Source: Bugula neritina (Eukaryota > Animalia > Bryozoa). Taken from it: a stretch of DNA of 64,000 nucleotides. The DNA lies in NCBI GenBank assembly GCA_964035545.1, contig OZ037767.1, positions 24,320,628-24,384,627 of the forward strand, read 5' to 3'. Below the pieces are notes generated by a model, which made no database searches, was not told the DNA's origin, and saw nothing but the letters and a program-made list of their open reading frames with translations. Each line of letters starts with the position of its first letter. Position 1 is the stretch's first letter. A program made the translations under genes and the position numbers. Shown piece by piece: positions 39,301 to 51,937 of this stretch.

Positions 39301-42300
39301 GGATAGCATCTCTGAGATGTCAAGGTCACGAGGGTTGTTGTACATTTCCAAGAGACACTCTAAGCTACTTGTACAGAATACTATCTCTTCTATAAGACTC
39401 TGCTCCAGTCTGCAGGTTCTGTCTGACACGATCTCCTCTGCTGTCTCTACCTTCTCTTTGTCAGCTGCTGACTTCTCTCTTAGAGCCTCATTCTCAGCTT
39501 TCAGCTACAATGTCAAGCTTTGATGACAAACTATCTTGAAATATCATGGCTTATATAAGGCTGTTGCACCTGTTGAAATATCACAAAATGAAGTGCTTTA
39601 CATTATTCAACAAGAAAACCATTCATGATACATGTTTAATAAATACATACAATTCTAATATAGAGTCAAAATACCAAATATAATTATCTGTATATTAATA
39701 ATCTATTATTCAATGCAGTACACATGTAAGCAGAAATAATAGCACTTGCCTTTCAACATGTGATGAATTAAAACAGGCAAAAGATTACTGATAAGAGAAT
39801 CTTTAACTTGGAAGGAAAGTTTCACGGCTTCACCAACAAATACTGAGTTAGCTGACTGCTTCAACCAGATAATCTTCATACCTTATCTATTGTCTCCATC
39901 CGATTATTCATCTCTTGATCCTTTTCGGCAGCTTCCTCCTCCGCTGTCTGCAGCAAGAGTTCAGAGTTTTCCAGCCGACTTGTCAACTCGGACAGACGAT
40001 TCTCAAATGTAGAAACTGCCGTGTCAAACTCTTGTTGTTTTGAATCCGAGACCTGCATGTGAAGGCATGTAGTTATGAGATGAGTTTAACACACAATGTA
40101 AAGGAGAAACAATTCTCTTAGAATACACTACAAGCATGCTGTAGAATGTGGGTTGACTAACGCAGCTTTTGAAAATATCAAACGAGTCTTGGATAGAATT
40201 CACCTTTCCAAACTGCAAATAAGCATATCTTTCTCAACTAATGGAAGAATCCACTAAAGGAATGCTTTGTAAACTATATATATATTTTACATTTATAAAA
40301 TTAAGATGATCAGCTTCAAACACAGAGCAGAGGTCTGTATAAGTAAAGCCTTCTTTTCTCTTTAAAAGTCACAGGGCCCAATGAAATTTTCATAAAGCTA
40401 ACAGTATCTAGTGACTTGAGCTAAAATATTATTGAGGTAAAAGTTTCCAAATATTAAATCCCATAAAGCAGATGTCTACAGCTTAGAAAATTCTAAATGT
40501 TCAACTTATAAGACAGTAGAGGATTGAGAAGTACCCTTTTCAGATCTTCATAATCAGCATGCAACTCTAGCTGCTGTTCCTTCAACCTAATGATATCATC
40601 AGGGGTGGTAGTGTCTCGCAACATCTCCTTTTGTTCCCAGCTACTCAGCTAAAACACAACGCCTAGCATTAGACGTGAGCATAGTGATAGTACGACTCTG
40701 CTAAAATGTGCCTAGATTAAAGTGGAGATTATTCCTAAGCTCTAGAAAAGCACATAAAAAAGGTAGGTTGGTAACTGAAAAAGATGCGCAATGTAGCAAA
40801 TAGAAGGTGCATAAGAAATGCTAAACTTACATAGAGTTAATAATAGAAGAGCATTGTAATAAATAACCTTTGAAACTGACATCAGTACAATATTATGAAC
40901 CCATACATTAGCTAATAATTGACATTGAATATTCGTATAATTCCTAAGTTTCCATATTTAGAGAGAACTAAAAAATATAACTTTATCTTCATAACTATCA
41001 GTGAACTAAACGACTACATTGAAAATTGTGTGCTCTTACACTTCATTAATTTAGTAACTTCTCACGGATGTACAGATATAAAATAATTATACAGCCTACA
41101 ACTGCAATGCTGCTATGAGCAACCACCCACGCCTCGCTGACAAAGAAGCTATTCAGCTGGTTAGGTTCATTTCATTTGAGTGAAATTGGTATAAATCATA
41201 TACACTAACATACTAAATTCAGCCTCGTTGTAGACAAGCATATGATTTTTAATAGTCAAATGAAAATTAAATAATTAAATTGAACAAATATAACAGGAAA
41301 AGGAAATGTAGTATTCAGTGCAACCACCTCGTGCCATGAATGATTCCACATGCCACCAGTAGACTATTTCACAACTTCTCAATGAGTGGGGGCCAGGAAG
41401 TGGGATAATTATCAGCCGATTGTTATACAGCTCATTTTCAAGGTCATATTTAGGGGGCAAATCACTACAGCAGGTTCTAAGCAATTTTTGTGCAGTATTT
41501 TCTGCCCTAATAACTCTAAGCACAACAGGAAGAAGAAAAGCGACAGAAGTTATTCTAGTGATACGAACCGTGTTTGAATCCCAAAAGGATTACTCATTTA
41601 GTTAACGGCATACAAGACTAAGTATACAATATAGTCTCAAGTATTTTATATCTTAAGTTGTGGCAGCTATTTGCGTTTAACAAGTACCGTGGATTATACG
41701 TTACAACATCCGATGACACAAGGCTGAATGAACAAGCCTACACTCAGAATAGCGTTAAGATAATCTAGTGTGACAAAATAACTCATGTGGAATTCATGAT
41801 ACTGATTTAGTGAGCATCAAGTGGAAAGTTAATTAGCAATAATTAATTTAGCACCTGCAATTATAGTCACAGACAGTTGATTTTCATTTTGAACTTTGAT
41901 ATTTTTATATGCAATTTAATAGTAGTTAGAATTTAGATGACTTAAAATGAGGGCATGGATTTATCACTTATAATTTGAATTTTTTTAGAAATCATTAAAC
42001 TAGATGGCAAGAGTGTGTTTTTGGTTTCCACCATTAAGTTAACAGACAAGAAAAGATCAGAGAAAGAGAGGCTTGCAGACTACAGAAAAAGGCTATTAGG
42101 GGCAGATAAATTCTTATAATCGTGCATAAGTAAAACCTGTCAACTTCTGGTAAACTTCTATCATGTTCATCATATAGCAAATAAAACTTTAAATAAATAG
42201 TTGGGCTAATATCTAACACTCAGTGAATTTGCAACAAAACATCAATTATGTGACTGCAAGCTGTAAACTTGCTAAGAAAACTTTGGGAACCTGTTTTTAG

Positions 42301-45300
42301 TATTTTTGCTCAGGTAATCTGCAATATTAGGTAACCTTGTGACACACAGTTGTGATACACAGCAGGGTATTTGTAACTTCACATTATATGGTCTTCACAT
42401 TTAACAATGAGCAGTACTTGCTTTTCTTAATTCAGAAATATTCTACTAAATTTAGTTTGACTATAAATAGTGATGGCTTTCTTACCTCCCTCTGCAAGAG
42501 AGAAACTTGGCCCAGTAGCTGTACAATCTGTTCATTACTCTCCCCGAGTTCATCATTCAGCCTCTGGCATTCTCTGCAGTGTCAATATACAGCTATAAGT
42601 CTAACAATACTCTCACAGTAACACCCACACAGTAACACCCACACAATAATACCCACACAGTAATACCCACACATTAATACACACACATTAATACACACAC
42701 AATAATACCCACACATTAATACACACACAATAATACCCACACAATAATACCCACACAGTAATACCCACACATTAATACACACACAATAATACCCACACAG
42801 TAATACCCACACAATAATACCAACACAATAATACCCACACAATAATACACACACGATAATACCCACACAGTAATACTCACAACAATGAGCTTCTAGTGAG
42901 AACTGAAAAACTTCCCCCATCAGTTAGGAAAACCCACCATTTTAGAAAGAATTCAATGAATTCACAGTCACAACTTGGCGCACACACCACAATAACCATC
43001 TCTAGTAATACTTAAGCATGTCTTCAATTAATTACACCATTAAGCAATGGTACAGTCTTTAGACAAGATAAGCACATTTCTATAATCTAGGACAGACTTT
43101 AATGTGTGAAGAAATTTGTCTTGGTAAAAATTAAATCTGTAACTGTGACTTATATAAAAAAGTTTCATTTGTCCAAAGAAGATAACTCCGAATTATTCTG
43201 CAACACACTGCATAAATATTACACAGTATATTATACTATTGTATGATATAAATATTACACAGTATATTATATTATTAAATGGTACAAATATTACCCAGTA
43301 TATTATACTATTGTATGATATAAATATTACACAGTATATTATACTATTATATGATATAAATATTACACAGTATATTATACTATTATATGGTATAAATATT
43401 ACACAGTATAATATACTATGCTATATCAACCAAGGTGTCACAGCTACATGTTATTGTTATACTGAGCTATGAGGAACAAGGCACTACATTGATATATACA
43501 TATATATATATAAACAGATAAGATATAATACACACTCTTCTAGGTTAGAACGTTCGTCTATCAACCTATCCGTGTGCTCCTTACAGATGTTGAGCTCTTC
43601 AGTAGCTCGTGTCAGCTTGCTGTTCAGTTCCGCATGTTCCTCGGCTGTGGGCAAATCAGCTAAGTAAAGTCTAAGTCTTGATAGTTCTTTAGTGGCATAA
43701 TCACCTGGAGCATTAGTACTTATATGTTATAGTAATAGTGAAAAGTATTATATAGTAACAGTGAACAGTATTATAGAGTAATAGTGAATAGTATTATATA
43801 GTAATAGTGAACAGTATTATATAGTAACAGTGAATAGTATTATATAGTAATAGTGAATAGTATTATAGAGTAATAGTGAATAGTATTATATAGTAATAGT
43901 GAACAGTATTATATAGTAATAGTGAATAGTATTATAGAGTAATAGTGAATAGTATTATATAGTAATAGTGAATAGTATTATATAGTAATAGTGAATAGTA
44001 TTATATAGTAATAGTGAATAGTATTAGTGTAATATTATATAGTAATAGTGAATAGCATCAGTATGGTATTATATATAGTAACGATAAATAGTAACAGTTA
44101 GTGATACTATATACAATAATATAAATTGCTTGCCTTCCGTTTTCAGAGTTGTCTGCTTTTTCTCAAGTGCCTCTTCTTGTTCATGACTCAGATTCAGCTG
44201 AAAGACACAAACAGCTGTGGAATGTTTCACATATCAGATATACACATGTTGCGGGTGAATGCTGTGCAATGCATTTTTATAAATGAAAATCAAAAATATA
44301 CCAGAAGAAAAATGAAATGGGCAAATATTTATGTTTAGTCTATCCAATCTGTTGATTTATTCACAGTCGTCACACTGCACAAGCATGTTTTTTGTGTTCC
44401 AGTAAAATTTCATTGATTTATTATTATAAATATTTCAAAAAACATAAGCTTCAAACAGCATCCAAACTTTTTGTCCATTCGAAAGACGAGTCTATGCACA
44501 ATTTTATAGATTGTGTTTAGCAGCAAACCGAGAAAAATACTTATTAATGTAAAAATTAGATCACTAATGCACATGGTTTACACACTGCATATTCTACACT
44601 ACACACAGAGTACTATACACTACACAGAGTATTACTATACACTACACACAGAGTACTATACACTACACAGAGTACTATAAACTACACACAGAGTACTATA
44701 CACTACACAGAGTACTATACACTACACAGAGTACTACTATACACTACACAGAGTACTATACACTACACACAGAGTACTATACACTACACACAGAGTACTA
44801 TACACTACACAGAGTACTATACACTACACAGAGTACTACTATACACTACACAGAGTACTGCTTACCAACTTCTTGTAGTACTCCAACTGCTGCTGCATAT
44901 CAGATTTCTGAGTCAAGACAAGACACTTCAGTTCTGCTATTTTGTGTTCAGCCTCCCTGCATAACAGTGTAGATCACATGTAGACAGTGTAGATTACATG
45001 TAGACAGTGTAGATCACATGCAGACAGTGTAGATTACATGTAGACAGTGTAGATCACATGTAGAACAGAGTAGATCACATGTAGAACAGAGTAGATCACA
45101 TGTAGAACAGAGTAGATCACATGTAGAACAGAGTAGATCACATGTATAACAAATGTATATTTGGTGAAATGAACTATATATACGTGGAATAATGAATGTC
45201 TAGACTCTAAAGTCTAGACAGTTTAACTACATGTAGGACAAGTCTAGACCTGGTAATCTGACTCATATGTGAAACAAGTTAAATAATGACACAAGAACCA

Positions 45301-48300
45301 CATCTATTTAGTCACCAGGCAGATTGAGCAAATTCTGGCAGAGGGAGGGAATATGCCAGGGGGGGGGATTAAAGTTATTTTAAATTTTCTGAGGTGCTGT
45401 ATTCAAAAACAGTAAATAAATGACGCAAAATATAATCTATTAAGATGTCATAACATATTTATATCATATCACATCACGACACGAGTAACTAACCAATGGA
45501 AACCTAATATATGAACATGCATAGCACGTTTATTCAAAAGTGACTTTCAAATCAACACAATAAAAAATACCTGTAGTATTTAGAATGTTAGTTGCTACCG
45601 CTAACGGTGCTAGAAGCGAACCCACCTAAGAAACCTGGTCATATTAAATATATTCCATTATTTCAATTGTCATTTATCCACTAACCCAAGTTGCCGTTCC
45701 AGCTGGGACTTCTCAAACATAACTTTAGCCACAGAGTTGGTGTCGGTGAGTAGTTTAGTTGATGACATTAACCGTCTGTAAGATTCTTCCTGTAGATAGA
45801 CATGCCATGCAGGTGATAGATGGTGTCAGAACAATATCGAAAGCGCAATAAAACATTCCGATAAATATACTCCCAAGCAGATTAACTTTGTAACATTCCG
45901 ACAGAAAGTACAGGACTGGAAATATTTGAGCACTGCTATGAAGACAAAGAAAATTTTGAATTTGTACATTTTGTCTGAATTTCAACAATTTGAAATAGAA
46001 AATACACTTCAGCCAAAAATGACGAAATCATGTAAAATCATTGAAATTTTACTGCATAAAACATTTTTTATAAATAATACAGATACACAGTCATTGCAAG
46101 ACTTTACAGGATATTTCATAACTATCTGCGCGAAAAAGACAAACTAACCTCCTTCTCAAGTTGATTGCTCTCATTTGTGGAAGTCTCGCCGTGATCTTGA
46201 GATACTTGGGCTATAGTTATCTTCCTCAGCTTACTTTCTAAGTCTCTGATTCGCTGTTCTAGCTGTAGCCTTTTCAACTTCTGCCTACCAAACCACAGCA
46301 CAACAAACTACAGTGATGTAAGCACAGCACAACAAACTACAGTGATGTAAACACAGCACAACAAACTACAGTGATGTAAGCACAGCACAACAAATTACAG
46401 TGATGTAAGCACAGCACAACAAACTACAGTGATGTAAGCACAGCACAACAAACTACAGTGATGTAAGCCAAAGCACAACAAACTACAGTGATGTAAGCCA
46501 CAGCACAACACACTACAGTGATGTAAGCCACAGCACAACAAACTACAGTGATGTAAGCCAAAGCACAACAAACTACAGTGATGTAAGCCAATAAAGTTGT
46601 AGTAGAAGCCAAAAGTATTTGATAAGATGTACATCACCATACAGGAGTATATTAGTTTAACTAGTAAACCTTTCTATAAGCATATCTTTTTCCCGAATCA
46701 GGGTCTCAGTGATCGCTCGGACAGTTTCCCATTTACTTTGCTTGTTGGCCTACATAAACAACACTGTTGAATATTACAGTATATTGTAGGTATAATGTGC
46801 ATGCACTACGAGGGTCATACTGCAGGTCCCAGGGCTAAATGCAGCCCATGCCTTTAAAATCTGATTTTTTTTTGGCTTAAGAAAAAAAGATTCCAACATA
46901 ACTGTGAAGTTTTTGGGTGTACTGACTACAAAATTAATAGTCTAACTTCAATTTCCGGTGCTATAAAATAGTTTATGCTATATCAGGCGCTAGTTGATAC
47001 ATGCCAGACAACACTCAAACGAACCTCAAACACCATTAAATTATCATATTTTTTCTATACTGATTCCACAATGTTCCAGATGAGTAACAATGCTTTAAGG
47101 TGTTGAAAATTATTAGCACTCTTATACTCCTGTATTTATCAACTGATTGTTTAGATATTCTGTCGACTAATTTAAATGAATTTTAGGAAATGTTTTATTC
47201 TATCACGACATAAAAAATGAAGCAATTGAATCAAGTACTCATATGTATACAAAACTGAACTTTACGATAAGATGGAAAGGTTTTTACCTTGACACTTGAA
47301 CTCTGAAAGAAGTCGGGTTGAAAGGGTGAAGTAATGTTGCTAGATGCGTCTTTTCTGCTTTCGCCTACATTTAAAAAAACAGTAAGATTTAATTACAGAG
47401 CTACTGTGATGTGTGGATTTATCAGCTTTATCAGTTGAAACTAATTGATAAACAACAAAGCGATAAGTAAATGCATGCTTGCATTATTTCCCCGTCTATT
47501 TTAAATTAATAAGAGAAATTTAAACTGAAATTTATTAAATGATAGCAAAGGCTTGGCCACAGAGGAGGGTAATTTTCCTGTAAATACATTTCATCTTATA
47601 AAAATAAACTAATCACTCAACTACTGTAATGACAATTTTACAAAGTTGATAGCCCAGAAACTCTCATTTTATTGCTTGATTAGAAAATTGAATTTATACT
47701 AAAAGGGGAAATTGATTTCCATTAACTTTAGCATAAAATAGAAATGCTTTGTTCAAGATAAAAGTGTAGTTAACAACAATAGCACAACGAAATAAAATAC
47801 CATACACAATCAGTACAGCTTTCCTACAAAATTTTAATTTCATTTTAGAAAAGTCACAGCTCTTTATGACCTCACAATCTCATCAAGAAGTACTAGATGC
47901 AAATAGCTGCCAGCAACATCTAGTGATAGCACCAAGCCAAACCAGTGCTGTATACAACAGGGTTTACCTGTGGCTTGCTTCTTCTGGTAGACTCTTCGCC
48001 TTCGCTTCTCACAGGATTCACACTCTCCACATTTATCACAAATAGAGGGAGATAGAAGAGTCGTCTTCTCTGATTGAGACCGCCAGGAATTGTCAGCTCC
48101 TGAATTTAGAGCAGAGCTAACTTTACAACACATTATATAATCAAAGTTTTAACAACTAGAATACTGAGTAGGCAATACAAACTGCTACGCACCACCAAGT
48201 ATTTAAAATGATAAAGCCTATAACATACCCTACAATATTATCTGCAATTTTTTTCTAAACAATACACAAAAGTTTTGCAGACAAAGTATATTATAAAACT

Positions 48301-49561
48301 ATCTGTATGGTGTTCAGTTGATGAGGTTAAAGTTAAAATATAAAACAAACCATGAACTATTGTGGTTGTCTTAAGGACATGTTTCTGGTTTGGGGTGGAA
48401 GTTGAAGAATTAGTGCCATGTGTTGGAGCTGTGCAAAAATCTCCATCACCATTGCTGATGATATCTTCAAACCCTGAAAATAGCACCATTACAAATAGAT
48501 ACATTAGAGTTGTTGAAAGGGTTGAACTCAAATATCTTAAGATTAGCTCCAGTAAAACTCATCCTAATATACAGTATACTATTCCAAGGCAGCCTCATTT
48601 TCATTTTAATTACTAATAGTTATCGTCATAATTATCATTACAGTTACTGCAATAGGATTACAGTATTAGTATCACTATGTTGTTCCACTATGAATAGGAT
48701 TATTTGTATTTCAACTTGCAAAGATATAGTAATAAAAATAATATTCAGTATCATAGTGACTTACACTTTAACTCTATATCAAATTCAATGTCATACTCAT
48801 TGAGTCATACTGATACTGATTATCATTATGATACTCATAGTCATACTGATACTCATACTCATACTGATACTGTGATAGTCATAGTCATAGTGATACTAAT
48901 AGTGATAGTATAACTTATCAACTATAACTATAAGTAATAATAATGCTAATAGTTATTAATGATTCATTTTTAGTGATACATGTACTGATTTAGTTTTGCA
49001 ATAAAAATGAGTAATTGCCACAATTAAATTTAATAGTAATACCATTATAATTATTATAATGATTATTATTATTATATATATAATTATAAAACTTAATGCT
49101 GTACTTATTTAAATATATATCAATATTGATATTGATATTGTTATTTAACTACTATTTATTATTTTAATAATTTATATTGAGTAACAGAATATTAGTTATA
49201 TACTAAAAAATTGATATACTTATACTTATAGTAATACCTATACTAATACTAATACTAATAGTATAAGTATTACTTGAAGTAAAGTCAGTATGAGTATAGC
49301 CATAGGTCCTATCAGTGATAGGTGCCAATAATATTCTATAACTACTGATTCACTATCACTAACAGTAACTAAGAGTGAGAGTAACACTAACTGTAAGTGT
49401 AAGTCTAAGTGAAAGTGTTAGTCACTGTCAGTAACAGACACAGTAACACTAACACTGTAAGTGTAACAGTAACTGATTCTCACTCTGAAATTACCAGTTA
49501 CCTTACCTAACACATTAGATTGAACATGTGTTTTCAATTTGTTTTCCGACATTGATGACAT
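36383..49561 (-). CDS. CEP85: Centrosomal protein of 85 kDa family (CEP85/CEP85L), ~594 aa coiled-coil protein
   Basis: 15 phase-consistent exons: 49561-49507, 48473-48351, 48099-47968, 47364-47288, 46749-46670, 46284-46149, 45789-45686, 44956-44866, 44197-44134, 43704-43536, 42573-42486, 40648-40535, 40052-39882, 39504-39294, 36552-36383. Motifs SKWE...LIREKDMLIERQK, LRLYLADLPTAEEH and C-terminal IEKLRQFLIDKHADEM...CSTQ* match recalled CEP85 signatures (YLADLPT; ...YAQDMGENCVTQ). The N-terminal exons are less certain. Confidence 0.88.
39125..39290. repeat. 17-bp minisatellite (CACAGTACTACTGACTA)n
   Basis: About 9 copies abutting the CEP85 donor at 39293. Confidence 0.9.
42610..42885. repeat. 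15-bp minisatellite (CACACAATAATACCC)n
   Basis: Lies close to the CEP85 acceptor at 42574; source of ORF 42582-42920. Confidence 0.9.
43212..43420. repeat. 36-bp minisatellite (ATAAATATTACACAGTATATTATACTATTGTATGAT)n
   Basis: 5-6 copies; source of ORF 43239-43472. Confidence 0.9.
43725..44060. repeat. ~23-bp minisatellite (ATAGTAATAGTGAATAGTATTAT)n
   Basis: About 14 copies filling most of CEP85 intron 43705-44133. Confidence 0.9.
44590..44858. repeat. 19-22 bp minisatellite (CACAGAGTACTATACACTA)n
   Basis: Abuts the CEP85 donor at 44865. Confidence 0.9.
44963..45145. repeat. 20-21 bp minisatellite (ACAGTGTAGATCACATGTAG)n
   Basis: Abuts the CEP85 acceptor at 44957. Confidence 0.9.
46294..46590. 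repeat. 29-30 bp minisatellite (CACAGCACAACAAACTACAGTGATGTAAGC)n
   Basis: 10 copies abutting the CEP85 acceptor at 46285; source of the Cys-rich ORFs at 46395-46640. Confidence 0.92.
48790..49480. repeat. Low-complexity hexamer-like tract (ATACTC/ATAGTC/AGTAAC variants)
   Basis: Degenerate 6-nt periodicity through much of CEP85 intron 48474-49506. Confidence 0.6.
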
Positions 49562-50399
49562 CTTTATCTTGGGTTACACATTAAATCTGCATACTTACAA
49601 CGTCAATGTCATATGCAAACATTGCCATTGTCATTGTTGCAATGGTAGTAATACTAAATTTGTTTCAGTTTACCTACGTTCATTCAAAAACGCAAGAAAG
49701 AAGCTAACTTTTTGAGGGAATCGCTGTATGGAAACCAGACTAATCACAACAGAAACAAAAGCAGCGTTGCAAGTCAGTTGTGCACCTCAAATAAAGCGGG
49801 TTGTATACGGCCGCATAAATAGACTATTAATGGGTTTTTAGCAGTCGATAACTCCCGGCTTGCAGAGCAAAATATTATACAACCACGTAAAAAAATTGTG
49901 AGATTCTGTACAAAATTATAGAAACTAGAGCTATAGACTGCATAGCTACTCATCTTATTATAATATACTCACTGTTTTAGTTTGAATTAAATGTGTTTGA
50001 ATTTTTTTTATTTTGAACTACTGCATTACATGCATATCTACAAGGTACGCTCTGCCCATGAACAAGAAGGGATGAAGGGAAGAGTAAAAACCACTTTAGC
50101 TGTCCATAAATACTATGATTTATAAGGAAAAGCTTTGTAATGCAAATAAAATTATGCAGAAGAATGTGGGTGGCAAGGATATTACAACCAATGAACTAGA
50201 AAAGATATTATTTCTAGTTCAGTAATTACAACTATAACGTACAAATGTAATCTAGATAAGCCCACTTAGCATGGCTGCAGCAAATAGGTAAAGATATTGA
50301 AATATCACATCACATGATGAGCAAAATACAAATCTAATTTTGACTGAGTATATGCAAATGAAACATGTGCACTGAGAATACGTAAAACGCAAAACGTCA

Positions 50400-51102
50400 T
50401 GTTTAGAAACCTACTGCAGACACTATTGTCAACAATTTCTATATACCTACGTCATGATGCTAGAAAGCAAGAGTGTGTTACAATGCATTATGTGTGGTAC
50501 CTATCTTGGTGAGTTTAGGCTTCTGCACATTAAGTAGGAATTACTTTTACAATATTCAAAACGTTATGCTGGGCTTGAATAAAAAGTAAGGAGCTCTTTA
50601 GTGATGAAAGGAAATGAGAAGATGACAAATGACCTTAAAGCAATTTAAGTCTCTGCAAGATGATTGGGCTATAAATGGTCCAACTATTTGGAGTACAACT
50701 ACTATTACTTTTATTGGCCTCTAGTGCCTTCTACTTTCTTATAAAAAATATTAATGCTAAAAGATACATTTTGCCAAGTTTCAAATATCTGAGCTAAAGA
50801 AAAAAGGTTATATTCACCCCCCCCCATCTCTTAGCATAATACAATGTTATATATTTTAGCCTATTTGAATATAGTATTACTTCTTTGGCATTTAGGTTTT
50901 TACATGAATACAATTATTTGTTTGGCTTCTTTTTTATTATTTTATTGGTCATCTTTAAAGGCATGACGAGGTTTCTTGTTTTATTAAAAATAGTGACATA
51001 CCACTTGTTCCATGTAAAAGTTTAGAAGAGGTCAATATATAATGTTGTTTAGAAACCTACTGCAGACACTATTATCAACAATTTCTATATACCTACTCAT
51101 GA
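50400..51102 (+). repeat. ~57-bp direct repeat pair (50400-50456, 51046-51102)
   Basis: TGTTTAGAAACCTACTGCAGACACTATTRTCAACAATTTCTATATACCTAC occurs twice in the CEP85/GST head-to-head interval. Confidence 0.85.
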
Positions 51103-51937
51103 CTATGTAGTCGTCAACTTAATATTAGACCTGCACCTGCAGCTTCTTTGCTGAAATCTAAAGCACAAAATGCAGCTTTCTGTAACTTACTGTGTATTAT
51201 TATTGCCAAAACAAAGTAAATTCCAGTAATAAATGGGAAGCTTAATATTCTCACAAATATCACTTAATATACATAGTGTAAAGGAGTTCAGAATGTCTTT
51301 ACTCTTTGAGTGGCTAGATTTGATAACCAAAAATGTTGCAAAGATACTTTGTGCCTGCGTGTTATGGCATTTGATTGATTATGTCTATGTATGTCCACTA
51401 ATTATCACTAGGTGTAATAATTATCATTGGCAGTTATTATTATAGCAACTTGTTTGTTGTTTACAAGTGCAAGTTCTTGCCAATTGCCTTAAAATTTATT
51501 TAGTATCAACATTTTAATGTAATGATTAAATAATTTCAATTAAATGCAAGTTAACAAATATATAAATGTTATACAATCATTGCATGCATGGAATAATTAT
51601 TTAATAGTTGCAAAAGCTTTTACATCAAATTACTAGCCCGTTCTTAAAAAGGAGATACTAAAATGTTTAAAAGATTGAGTTTTTTGCGTTCAAAAACCAC
51701 GAAACATTGGCACACATACACATATGTGAGTGTATATAGTGGGGTTTACATCCTTGAAGCACTGCCATGGTGACCAGATGGCTACTTCCCCACATGCCAG
51801 TTATATTTGACTGTTTATTAAGTTTCTGTAAAACTAATCAAGCATAACCTTTAGAAAGTAGTAGTGTAAAGGGGTATAAATACTGCAGTAGGTAAAGTTA
51901 ACCTGTAAACGCTTGTTGGATAAAAACATAGGCTGAG

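Noticed and set aside
39125-46590. CRISPR-like repeat arrays
   Set aside because: Head-to-tail repeats without unique spacers, eukaryotic context and no cas genes.
42582-46640. Cys-rich, metallothionein-looking ORFs (42582-42920, 46395-46640, 46424-46612)
   Set aside because: Pure minisatellite translations within CEP85 introns.
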